Shown here: one piece after another, positions 52,285-64,000 of the stretch | Layout: each line of letters starts with the position of its first letter | Position numbering within the stretch: the first letter of the stretch is position 1 | Assembly: GCA_024679065.1 (NCBI GenBank) | Contig: JAGIQG010000010.1 | Location: forward strand, 51,212,001 to 51,276,000 | Source of the DNA: Sphyrna mokarran | Taxonomy: Eukaryota | Direction: 5' to 3' | Length of the DNA: 64,000 nt | Made by a program: the position numbers and the translations under genes | Notes under the pieces: generated by a model | The model's database searches: none | What the model was told of the DNA's origin: nothing | Seen by the model: the letters and a program-made list of their open reading frames with translations, nothing else

Positions 52285-54050
52285 CTAAAAGGGTCAGAGG
52301 GATAACCCAGGGAACTATAGGCCGCTGAGCTTGACTTCAGTTATAGGTAAGCTAATGGAGAGGATCCTGAGGGACAGGATGTGTGAGCATCTGGAGCGCT
52401 GCGATCTGATCAGGGATACGCAGCATGGCTTCGTTAAGGGGAGGTCGTGCCTTACGAATCTAGTGGAATTTTTTGAAGAGGTGACAAAAACGGTTGATGA
52501 AGGACAAGCCGTTGATGTCGTCTACATGGATTTCAGTAAGGCGTTTGACAAAGTTCCCATGGTAGGCTGATAAAAAGGTGAAGGCGCATGGGATACAGGG
52601 CCAGGTATGTAGATGGGTTGAGAACTGGCTTGGGAGGAGGAGACAGCGGGTATTAGTGGAAGGCTCTTTTTCCAACTGGAGGTCAGTCACTAGTGGTGTG
52701 CCACAGGGCTCAGTACTAGGACCTCTTCTATTTGTGATTTATATAAATGACTTGGAAGAGGGGGTAGGTGGTGTGATCAGCAAATTTGCTGATGACACTA
52801 AGATACTTGGATTGGCGGGGACTGAGGAGCAGTGCCAGGCAATACAACAGGACATAGATAGGCTGGTAGATTGGGCAGATAGATGGCAAATGGAATTTAA
52901 TCCGGATAAATGCGAGGTGATGCATTTTGGCCGGAATACTGTAGAGGGGAGTTATAGGATAAAAGGTAAAACTATCCGGAGTATAGAGACGCAGAGAGAC
53001 CTGGGGGTGCAGGTTCACAAGTCTCTGAAGGTGTCAGTACAGGTGGAAAAGGTGATAAAGAAAGCGTATGGTATGTTAGCCTTCATAGGAAGGGGTATAG
53101 AATACAAGAGTAGGAGTTTGATGTTGCAAGTGTATAGAACGTTGGTTAGGCCTCACTTGGAGTACTGCGTCCAGTTCTGGTCGCCGTACTACCGGAAGGA
53201 TGTGGAGTCCCTGGAGAGAGTGCAGAGGAGATTTACCAGGATGCTGCCTGGTATGGAAGGGCTGTCTTACGAGGAAAGGTTGAACATACTGGGGTTGTTT
53301 TCCCTTGAAAGACGTCGGCTGAGAGGGGATCTATTAGAGGTATATAAGATTATGAGGGGTATAGATAGAGTAAATGGTGGTAAGCTTTTTCCACCATTAG
53401 ATTCGGATAGAACGAGGGGTCACGGCCTTAGGGTGAGGGGGGCTATGTATAAGACTAATATTAGAGGGCATTTTTTCACACAAAGGGTAGTGGGGGTGTG
53501 GAATGCACTACCGAGTAAGGTGGTGGGAGCAGGCACGCTAGGGTTGTTTAAGGGTCTCTTGGACAGCCACATGAGCGGTCTGCAGATAGAGGGATATATG
53601 AGGACTGTTTAAATACTTTAATTGTTTCCACAGGCTATTTGGTCCACCTTGTTGACCAACAAGGTGCATGCATTCGGTAGGTCGTGCGAGGGCTGCTCCC
53701 GGAGGTTACTTCAGGAGTGGCCTAGTGCTTCACGTCGTTAGTGTACGCTTAAACTGGACCATCAGATGGGCAACATGACAGCTCAGAGACTATCGCTGTT
53801 GCTGTGCAGACACATGGATTTGGGCCTGTGTCTGCGGGAGTTTGCGCGTTCTCCCCGTGGTTGCGTGGGTTTTCTCCGGGTGCTCCGGTTTCCTCCCACA
53901 TCCCAAAAATGTGCTCTTAGGCTGATTGGGTAACAAATTGTCCCTATATTGGTCTCTATATGTCATTAAGACGTTAGGAAGACAGCGCGGGCTCGTTGGG
54001 CCGAAGGGCCTGTTTCCCGTGCTGTGTTGTTCTTTGTTCTTTGTTCTAAT
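52285..54050 (+). mobile_element. Young 5'-truncated CR1-clade LINE; RT nearly intact (one frameshift at ~52560), ORF ends at 53612
   Basis: NYRPLSLTS, QHGFVKGRSCLTNL, DFSKAFDKVP, GVPQGSVLGP, KFADDTK, RPHLEYCVQFWSP, RTRGH. The 3' tail is GGGCCGAAGGGCCTGTT..GTGCTG followed by (TTGTTCT)n. Confidence 0.93.
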
Positions 54051-54284
54051 GGTTGTTCCATAGGCCAGAATGTTGTCCATCTTCTTGACATTTGTCTCCC
54101 TGCCATCTACACATTCTGGGATAAATGCAAATGCAACTATTTCTTTGAAGGATGTATGCTCCCTGTGAAAAATCCCTGTATCTTGCTAACAGGTGATTTA
54201 CCTAATTTCCACCTGTGGGCTATCACAACGCCTTTGGATGCCACACTATTGTTCCTGAGTTTAATAAAGTGTCTAATTCAACTA

Positions 54285-55620
54285 CATCTGAATTAGAAAG
54301 CAGTGCAGGAAGTGGATGATTGATCTCAGATCCCTCTCTTAGCCTCTATCAAACTCTCAGCTTGATGCCATGTACACAAATCACAACTTTCTTCACAGAA
54401 CTCACATATCCAAGAGCTGGGGACACATATCAACACACATTCTCTCTCAGAAACCATCAGATCACCAGCATTCTGTGGACAGAATTTTCAATTGTTTTGT
54501 CTAAGTGCAATAGCTGTCAGTTCTGTAGGTGCCATTCCCGCTGGCTGGAATGATTTGAAGTTGTGCTTGGACCCTAATTAATTAAGGATGAGCAAGTATC
54601 TCTCCACATCACCCAATGGGTTCAGCACTGATTCATCTGCCCACCATCAGCTGGTGGGTTCAAAGGTCCCAGTGCTACATTTAAATGCCAATCCAACATA
54701 TAAATTTTATTCTTTCCGGCTCACCTGTCCTCAGGAGACCATTTGTGATGTCTGGAAGCCAGAAGGAAAATGCTACTTCCCTCAAGAAAAGGATAACACA
54801 ACCTTCAGCCACCCAAGCCCTCAACATCTTGATCCATGGGATGTGGACGCAGAAGCATGTCCTGTACACATAGGGTGGCTCCAGGAATCACCCAAATGTC
54901 ACCTCTTCAACCTGGTAGTCCAATGCCCAGGAAGTCAGTATGGCTGGCAACCATGTCTGAATTGGAAAGCAGTGCAGGAAGTAAATGATTGATCTCAGAT
55001 CCCTCTCTTCACCACTATCAAACTCTCAGCTTGACACCACAAATCACAACTTCAAGAGCTGGGGACACATATCAACACACATTCTCTCTAAGAAACCTTC
55101 ACATCACCAGCATCCCATCTGTTATGTGCTCACATTCCATCTTCTGGCCCTTCTAGGTAGGCTCACCACACACAGCGGATATGCATTTAAACCAACCTCT
55201 GCTCCATCCTCTCTGATCACATGCCTTTCTTATGTTTTCTTGTTAGCCAAGATGATGCACAACAAGTGACAGCAAGTCTAGGGAGGGACAGCTGAGATAT
55301 TTGTATTAAATAAAGTAGAGGAGGCTGGAGCCGACCTTACTGGGAAGGACAGGCATCAGTCCTGTGGTGAAAGGAGATTGGCCTCTCCCAATATGCTAGT
55401 ACGGATCTCAGCTCCATTACTTCATCATATCATAATAATCAAAGTGAGTCAGATGTACTTTGATATAACTTAAGCCCATTCATTAAAGCTCTGTCATTTT
55501 TCCAACTACACAGATACCTGAGCCTCCAGAGCATGTCTGAGGATGAGGGGATTTAAGAAGAACCATCACAGTGCTCACCCACAATTGCCACCAGCACAGA
55601 GATGCACACCTCACTAGGGC
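54285..55620 (+). mobile_element. Probable Harbinger Myb/SANT-like ORF remnant with an internal ~190-bp direct duplication (54285-54475 / 54955-55115)
   Basis: WKQCRK.MIDL-like and KMMHNK...GG..EI.VL...E remnants; the duplication is directly visible. Confidence 0.4.
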
Positions 55621-56507
55621 ATTTTTCTAGATTAATCTTGGGCTTACTGTTGGAGAATACCTCACAGACACATTATTACAGCAGTGTAAGGCAAACACAG
55701 TCCTGATCTGAAGCATTCAGAGTCTGTCTTCATTTACTTCCAGTAAATGCTGTGGTATTCCTTTGATCCCTTGCTTATGCATGATATTGGGGTCTGGATT
55801 CCCATCCCTCAGCCTTTCTGCTACCTTCCATTGTTCATCATTCACTTCCTTGACCCCTGCTATTGTACCCCCTCGATCTTCACCCCCGTCCCTTGAACAG
55901 CCCTCCTTCCCCATTGCTCCCCACATCTTTATTAGCCCCACTCTTACCTTGCACCCCATCCACTATTGAGCTTCAGTCTGTTGAAGTGGTGGCTGCATGA
56001 GTGCCACAGCACAGGGCTGACCAGATAGACAACAGTGTCAAACACTGGGAGTAGTAAATAAAGTAGAGGAGGCTGGAGCCGACCCCAACCCTGAGTAGAG
56101 TACTGATCCGAGTCGGTGAGAGGGCGGGCTCCAGGAGTCCAACAACTTTGTATTGTCCATAAAGACCATTCGGCATGGAGCTGGAAGGCATGAACTGGTC
56201 TCAAACAGCAGAGTGACATTCAATGTAATAGGAGTGGTGTCATACTATGGCAGGTAGGCTATGTCTGTTGTACTCACCTTGAAGTATTGAGTGAACTGAA
56301 GTCTGAGATTACTCATTTTCAAATAGCTTTGAGGCTGATAAGATTTCCTGTTGGCACAATACATGATTGGAAAAACCTGATGAGATTGCAGTGAATAGTT
56401 GCTTTAATAATCATTCGTGAGATGCCAATGAATGCAAATGATGTTCATACCACCAGGCAGCCAGTAAACCAAACCATCATTAACCCACCGTTGGGAGAAT
56501 TACAATG

Positions 56508-56737
56508 GCTGGAATTTTACCATCCAGCTGCCATGGGAATCAGAACAGGCAAGGAACGGACCATAGGAAATGCTCTTTGACCTTGGATGGGATTTTATGG
56601 TTTTGGGATGGGATGGGCTAAGCATGTAAAAGTCCGTGTTTTTACACCAGCGGGTTTCCAACTTCTTGGCTCCTGCTAGATTCTCCATTCCAGCCTGCCA
56701 CCAAACTCACAGTGGGCAGAATGGGAGAATTCTGCCC
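56508..56737. mobile_element. Possible short MITE
   Basis: Imperfect terminal inverted repeats GGCTGGAATTTTAC...GGAGAATTCTGCCC. Confidence 0.35.
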
Positions 56738-58364
56738 TCTGACTCCCCAAAGTGTTATTGTTCCCTTTTGCAGATTGAATATTGGCCAGAGATCATGATC
56801 CCAAGAATCCTGCTGGCTATTAAAAATTATCCATGGCATTTTAGTTAAATTCTGCTGTCATCAACAGTTTATTGAAGAAGACAAGAATAGTCAGCAGAGG
56901 GATGGTATAATTTGTGGCAATTTGGGAGAATTCTCTGAGGATAAAAAAGGTGTAAAATCTAATAAATGGAGCAGCAGTTTGCAGGTTACAGGCTTTTCTA
57001 TCCATTTGGATCGTGGATAGCAGGTTAAACTAGAACCCGTCATGTGGTCTTTTATTGATGATAGTTTGTGTGGTTCTGAAGTTGTCCTTTTTGACGGTCT
57101 TCTCCACTACGATGAGTGTTTTTGGCTAGTTTATCTTATACAGTTTCCAGTGCATGGGTCCCTTGATGCGGTGTGATATGGACTTGATATGACTAAATTA
57201 GTTCCAAGCAAAGTCCACATGGATTCTTGATAATGCACTTAAGATTAGGAGTTAACAAGGTTTGCAATCATACTTTCTCAATTATATTCAATAACATGAA
57301 GGCCTGGATTCTTACTCTCTAGGCCAGTACACAGAACAGAGATAGGTCATGGCTGTCTGCAACTATTCTGGGAAAAGTATCCTGACTGGTGGGATTTTGG
57401 GACATTTGTTCATGGAGGAGATGGAGGGGGGTGTTGGGGTTCCTGGCAGGGAGGGTGAACCGATGGTGTTTGATCCACCACAAGTGTGTACACATCAAAG
57501 ATAGTCAAATGAGCTGCCAAATGAGACAGGCTGTTTAAAAGGCTTGGTTATCTGGGACTTTGTCCCAGTTGTTTTCTTAAATATTAGGACATCTCAGTCT
57601 CATTGCCCCAGCCACTCCCAACACCCATATATGCCAACCCAGGCACTAAACCACTCCATAGTCTCCATACGTCTAGACCAATGAATGCCAATCATAGCTT
57701 TCCCACCCACCAGCCTTTGCCCCAACATGCTCCTTGTCAACACACTAAGTATTCCCCCATGGGTAGACCACAGGACTCATGCTGAGATGACATAACGTAA
57801 AGCTCTAAATTTCTATTATAGACTTCACAATGTAAAAATCATTCTCCTTTATGAAAGTCCAATTTATATATTTAAATTCTTACTTAGTCCCTTATAAAAA
57901 CAAAGATCTGTGTTCAAAACACATTCTTTCCCCCCCACCCCCCACTACTTGCCAGAATTGCATCCTAGCACTTTTTGCACTAAGTGCCATAATATTGAAA
58001 TTCGCAGCTCACCCAAAAAAACCAACACAATCTTCTCCCATTCTCTAGCTCATTCGGCATTTAGAACTTTTTTCAGAAGATCACACCATTAATATTTACA
58101 AAATGAAATGTTAACATGATTAAATGCTGACAATAATTGAACATAATCCTTTTAGATATTAACACACTTAGTACTATTGAATATCAAGCACAATTCCCTT
58201 ACAACATCTTGTATATAACCCCATTCTATGCATTGTCATCTGATCAACTATGTCATGGCCTGTCAGAGGGATGAGCCAGACATGCATGTAATAAAAGCCA
58301 TGACAGGCACTGGCTGCTTGACTGACCATCATTTTATCATTTCAAAGGTAAATCATATAATCCC

Positions 58365-58670
58365 TATAGTGGAGAAGGACGCTATTCAGCCCATTGAGTC
58401 TGCAGCGATTCTCTAAAGAAGCATCTTAGTCAGGCCCAACTGCCACCCTCTCCCTATAACCCCAAACTAATCCATCAAACTTTCAAGTTTCTGGACACTG
58501 AGGGGCAATTTAGCTTGTCCAATCCACCTAACCTGCACTTCATTAGGCTGTGGGAGGAAACAGGAACAGCCAGAGGAAACCCAAGCAGAATCTGCAAACT
58601 GCACACAGACAATCACCCAAAATTGAACCCATGTGCTGGCACTGTGAGGCAGCAGTGCTAACCACTGCTG
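58365..58670 (-). mobile_element. HE1/V-SINE-type SINE
   Basis: CAGTGGTTAGCACTGCTGCCTCACAGTGCCAG head plus central domain. Confidence 0.85.
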
Positions 58671-59149
58671 TTTATTTAGCAAAACATGCTATCAGCAAGA
58701 TCTATCCTCCAAGATGCTACAAGGCTTGAACATCCAGAAGAGATCCAATGTTTTGATGCACAAGCAGCCATGAAGGAATCTCTCATAGAGAAGTCTTCTA
58801 TGTAAGAGAAATGGACACACTGCAGTGAGAATGATTGGACAACGTTCATAAATCAGTACATGTGCATGGCCCAATGGGGACTATGCTGCTGGCCTCTGAA
58901 GTGGGATGAGGCCCTATCCCCCACTTACTGTCATGAATCCCTCTGAGACGCTCTGTGGAACACAGAGTGCTTGAGATGCGTGAAACAAAGTACACCCAAA
59001 AAATGTGTGGGAAATCTCCAGTTTTCTTGTCCATCAGGCAGTTAGTTTTTTGGGGGAGAAGTGCCCCACTAGTGTACTCCCCAACTGGACCATTGACTCT
59101 ACTTCCCATTAGCACCTCGATTGGTTTGATGAAATCAATGGTCCAGATT

Positions 59150-59900
59150 TTCTAGCCTTGTTTATGCCCCTCATTATTTTATAGACCCCTATAAGATCAC
59201 CCCTCAGTCTTTTATGCTCCAGAGAAAAAAGTCCTAGTCTATCCATCCTCTCCTTATAACTCAAACCATCAAGCCCCAGTAGCATCCTAGTAAATCTTTT
59301 CTGCACTCTTTCTAGTTTAATAATATCATTTATATAATAGGGTGATCAGAACTGTACATAGTATCCCAAATGTGGCCTTACCAATGTCTTGTACAACTTC
59401 AACAAGATATCCCAACTGCTGTATTCAATGTTTTGACCAATGAAATCAAGCATACTGAATGCCTTCTTCACCACTCTATCCACCTGTGACTCCACTTTCA
59501 AGGAGCTATGAACATGTATCCCTAGATCTTTTTGTTCTCTAACTCTCCCCAGTGCCCTAGCATTAACTGAGTAAGTCCTGCCCTGATTCAATCTACCAAA
59601 ATGCATCACCTCGCATTTATCTAAATTAAACTCCATCTGCCATTCATCAGCCAAATTGATCAAGATCCCATTGGAATCGGAGATAATTTTCTTCACTGTC
59701 CACTATGCCACCAATCTTGGTGTAATCTGCGAACTTACTAACCATCCCTTCTATATTCTCATCCAAAACATTAATATAACTGACAAATAACAGCAGACCC
59801 AGCACTGACCCCTGAGGCTACTGGTCACAGATTTCCAGTTTGAAAAACAACCCTCTACAACCACCCACTGGCTTCTGTCATGAAGCCAATTTTTTATCCA
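59150..59900 (-). mobile_element. CR1 RT fragment
   Basis: ORFs 59346..59696 (WQMEFNLDKCEVMHFG) and 59109..59306. Confidence 0.88.
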
Positions 59901-60559
59901 TTTCTATAGATAGGATAGAATATATCCTATATATATAAATACGTCATGTTTTGGGTTAAGTACTTAAAATTAGCATCATGTAGAAAGAAGACAGATAATG
60001 ATACTTATAACAAGGTTTAATTTTATGGAAGGATGATTCTTACACATTTTGATGTAACTGATTCTTTATTATTACTTCATAATTCTATATTATAACTTTG
60101 TACTGTTATATGTTTTTCTTTTAAATAAAACTTATCTGAATTTACTCAGCTTACCTTGCAGGTTTAAAGTTTCATTTGAAATATCAGAGTTTAAACAATT
60201 ACAGGTGGGTGAATTGGACTGATTCCAAATGGAATCCATCCAAAAACTCCAACAGTATCCAACCTTCCCACTTATCTCACTCACACTCATTCACTAACAG
60301 ACTGAAAAACTATTTCAAAGACTTGCATTGTGTTCGTGAGTGAAGATTGTCAAAGGTGTCCCTGTTAGCACCAGCTCTTTTTGACTTGTCCCACAGACAA
60401 GTTAATTTTCTTTATTTGGTTTATCACCCCAAAAAACTTACCAGAACTGGCAACACGTGCTATGAAAAGGAAGCATAGGTTATCTTCCGTTGAAAATCCT
60501 GTACACCAAGGAAGCATTCTGAGGACAGGTATGCTCCACAGTTCTGAAGCGGCTTGCGT

Positions 60560-61905
60560 TGGAAGTCTGGGTCAGAAATGTGGAATTCCAGCACTGTGTT
60601 AAAAAAAAAGGAGCAGAACCGTAATTCCAATGGTGATTGCTACTTTAAGTAAATTCAGCACAGTGAAATAATCCAGAAACTACGAAAAGAGGAACATCAC
60701 CACTATAGGGATTACCTCATGACAAGTCATCATTTCAAACATGATGCCTATTATAATATTTTCAGGACTGTCCAATGCAAGCTCAGAGAGATACAAGGCA
60801 TTTGGTTGAATTGGAATGTAGACAATTTCCAATCATGCGCAAATGGCAAGGACTGGAAGAGATTCTATAAATATAAAATATGTCTGATTCATTAATCCTC
60901 AGTGCCAATGGTTGACACTACTCATCGATAAAGCCCAAGTTCTACAAAGAGAAACAGATCAATTAAACCACATTATCAATCAACTTTTATCCATCCATGA
61001 AGAAGTAATCAACAGACTGTCACAAGTTGCCTTCAACTGCTCTCTTGATGACCCTCCCATGTTGTGAAAATAATGAATACATTCAAACTCCTACATAGCA
61101 ACAAAACTCCCTCAACTGATGTTATCCCAACTGAGATCTACAAGGCTGAAAGTTAGTATCTGGTTATGAAGCTCACTGAAATCTTTCCATCTAGGTGGAA
61201 GCAGGAAATTCTCTCATAAGAAAATAAACTTGCTTCCATTGCCCCCAGTACAAACAAAAATGATGAAGAGAAGGAATTGCTATCTTCTCCTTTGCTGGCA
61301 AAATTTCACAATATCCTCCTGAACTGTTTGATGCAACACCCTAAAAAATACCTGCCCCAGATTCAACGGAGTTTCAGAAAGGTTTGAGGAACAATGAGAT
61401 AGTGTTTGCAGTTTGACAGCCAAGTGCCAAATGCCAAGAACAGAATATAGACCTCTACACAATGGCTGCCCAAGACTTCTAAAAATGTCAGCCATGAGAA
61501 CCTTTAGAAAATAATGGAGAAATGTGGCTGCTTTGAGAAATTCCTCCCAATGACACGAGTTTCACGATAGCATGCTCTTGTATCATGGTGAATCTTCTGC
61601 TTCATTCCCAGTCACAATGCCAATCCTTTTCAGCGTGCTTTTTTCTCTGTCAAATTTCCTAATGCCTTCTTTGATCATGATCCTGGCACTGAAATCTATT
61701 ATAAGTGGGAAACTGTACAATCTGAGATGACTCCAATAAAAACTTAAGTTTCAAGGACTTACTTAGCAATTTACTGTTTCTCAGTGACTGTACGCTAGCT
61801 GCTGTTTCACAGCTTGGCATGCAATGTAGCATGAACTCATTCTCCAATGCTTGTGACAACTTTGGCCCTCTGATTAGCACAAAGAAAACTGTTACCACTA
61901 ACTTC
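60560..61905 (+). mobile_element. Decayed RTE-clade LINE RT fragment
   Basis: Degenerate motifs recalling RTE ORF2 (GATGTTATCCCAACTGAGATCTACAAG ~ DGIPAEIYK; ACTTTGGCCCTCTGATTAGCACAAAGAAAACT ~ FGLTISTKKT); many stops and frameshifts. Confidence 0.5.
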
Positions 61906-62929
61906 CTCTTTGGGCACAACTTTAAATTTTACCTGAAGCTATATCAATTTTGCTAATTTCAAGTTGCATGCAAGTTTCCTGCCAATCTTACTGCAACTTA
62001 CCACATTTTTAAAAAGCATAGTCAGTAATAAATGATCAGAAATAAAGGGCAACGATACTTCTTCTTTCAGTCTTAAATTTTAATCTATTTCACCACCATT
62101 CATGAATATAAGCACAGCTATTTTAAGAACTTGCAATCAGAGAAGCTTTCAAACGTTGAACATGACTCATACGTTGCCATAAAATGCTTTCAAATAAGTA
62201 CAATGGCCCTGAAATTGTGGCATATTTTAGTTTGTTTATGTTAATTCAGCTTCTACCTTAATTTGATATGTATGTCTTGATCATTTCTTCTACACTCAGT
62301 AAAATTTAATAAAAAGTGATGGATAATCAGAGCATTTTAATTCCTGATTTGCTGTCAGAAGACTTCAATGCAATTTGCTTTTTATCTTGTTTAATGACAT
62401 CACTAATGCTGGATGCCTGGAGATCCCATTGAATTAGTGCCAGACTCAAACTATGATCAGAAAAGGGGAAACCCATGTCACTGACTTTGCCAGGTCATAG
62501 TGGGCAGCTTGCTTTGAGGCCAGTGGTAAACACTGTCCGCTGCCACTATGAGTAAACAAGTAATTTAAAATCATTTTTGTTTGTATTTGTGGGTATTATA
62601 AATAAGGCAACTTTATGTAAGTTTCCTTTGGTTTCACTGTATTTGAAAGGGCTAATAATTTCAGGTTGGTTTAGATGCCTGCATGCTATTGAGGATTTAT
62701 GATGTGAAAACAAACATGGTGTGAAGAAAAACTAGGCTGTTGCTTAATAACCAGGGACCACCTTAGGACAAAAAGAACTTTTGTGCTAGCTGTAAGCTAG
62801 TGCTAAGAGAATCTAGACACAAGGCAGTGATCTGCATGGAACAAATTTCCCAAAAGGCCATGAGAAAATCCCAATAATTGGAGACAAAAGAATATCTCAG
62901 GAAGAAAGTCTAAATGAAAAGAACAAAAA

Positions 62930-64000
62930 AAGGGAGAGATACTAAATGGTTATTTTGCATCCGTATTTACTGCGAAAACGGACATGGAGTCTATGGAAAT
63001 AGGGCAAACAGGTAGGGAGGTCATGGAACCTTTATAGATTAAAGAGGAGGAGATGCAGGCTATCTTGAGGCAAATCAGAGTGGATAAATCCACCGGACCA
63101 GGCGGGATATTCCCACAGACCTTGAGGGAGGCTAATAGTGAACTTGCTGGGGCTCTGCCAGATATATTTAAAATATCAGTATGGACGGGGAAGGTGCCGG
63201 ATGGTTGGAGGGTAGCTCATGTTGTTCCATTGTTTAAAAAAGGTTCCAAAAGAAATCCGGGAAATTATAGGCCGGTAAGTTTGACGTCGGTGGTAGGCAA
63301 GTTATTGGAAGGTGTGGTAAGTGATAGGATCTACAAATATTTGGATAGACAGGGACTTATTAGGGAGAGTCAACATGGTTTTGTGTGTGGTAGGTCATGT
63401 TTGACCAATCTATTAGAGTTTTTTGAAGAGGTTGCCAGGAATGTGGATGAAGGAAAGGCGGTAGATGTTGTCTACCTGGATTTTAGCAAGGGCTTTGATA
63501 AGGTCCCTCATGGGAGGTTAGTTAGATTCAGTCACTAGGTATACATGAGGAAGTAATAAATTGGATTAGACACTCAATGGAAGAAGCCAGAGAGTGGTTG
63601 TGGAGGATTGCTTCTCTGAGTGGAGATCTGTGACTAGTGGTGTGCCGTAGGAATCAGTGTTGTGTCCGTTGTTGTTCGTCATCTATATCAATGATCTGGA
63701 TGATGATGTAATTGGATCAGCAAATTTGCTGATGATACAAAGATTGGAGGTGTTGTGGACAGTGAGGAAGGTTTTCAAAGCTTGCAGAGCCATTTGGACC
63801 AACTAGAAAAATGGGCTAAAAAATGGCAAATGGAATTTAATGCAGATATATGTGAGGTATTGCACTTTGGAAGGACAAACCAAAGTAGAATGTACAGGGT
63901 AAATGGTAGAACTCTGAAAAGTGCAGATGAATAGAGGGATCTGGGAATACAAGTACAGAATTCCCTAAAGGTGACATCACAGGTGGATAGGGTCATAAAG
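62930..64000 (+). mobile_element. CR1 RT fragment, runs off the window end
   Basis: ORF 63053..63538 (NYRPVSLTSVVGK, QHGFVCGRSCLTNL, DFSKGFDKVPH); KFADDTK at ~63722. Confidence 0.92.

Noticed and set aside
52578-53612. 344-aa ORF as a host or domesticated gene
   Set aside because: It is a 5'-truncated CR1 RT with a frameshift at ~52560 and a non-ATG start; youth explains the open frame.

Overview
AT-rich, repeat-dense vertebrate genomic DNA. It is most likely from a shark or ray, inferred from abundant HE1/V-SINE-type SINEs, CR1/HER1-type LINEs and Penelope-like elements. The only protein-coding gene I can support is a complete six-coding-exon beta-1,4-galactosyltransferase 3-like gene (B4GALT3-like) on the minus strand, 34837->5792. 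It encodes 373 aa from the first ATG, and all introns are GT-AG and phase-consistent. Its CpG-island promoter contains a GC-box minisatellite of about 16 copies. Most other ORFs in the track are fragments of LINEs, SINEs or Harbinger/Penelope elements. Three structures stand out. (1) A family of minimal type-I hammerhead ribozyme motifs in Penelope pseudo-LTRs: one textbook-intact at 49498-49538, one core-intact at 36262-36298 and two mutated. Two of them lie in a TSD-flanked Penelope insertion with 362-bp inverted arms. (2) A near-perfect 181-bp inverted repeat in intron 1 that would be fully base-paired in the B4GALT3 pre-mRNA. (3) A young CR1 LINE whose 3' region carries a V-SINE central domain. 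Repeat boundaries are approximate, read by eye; no searches or folding programs were run.
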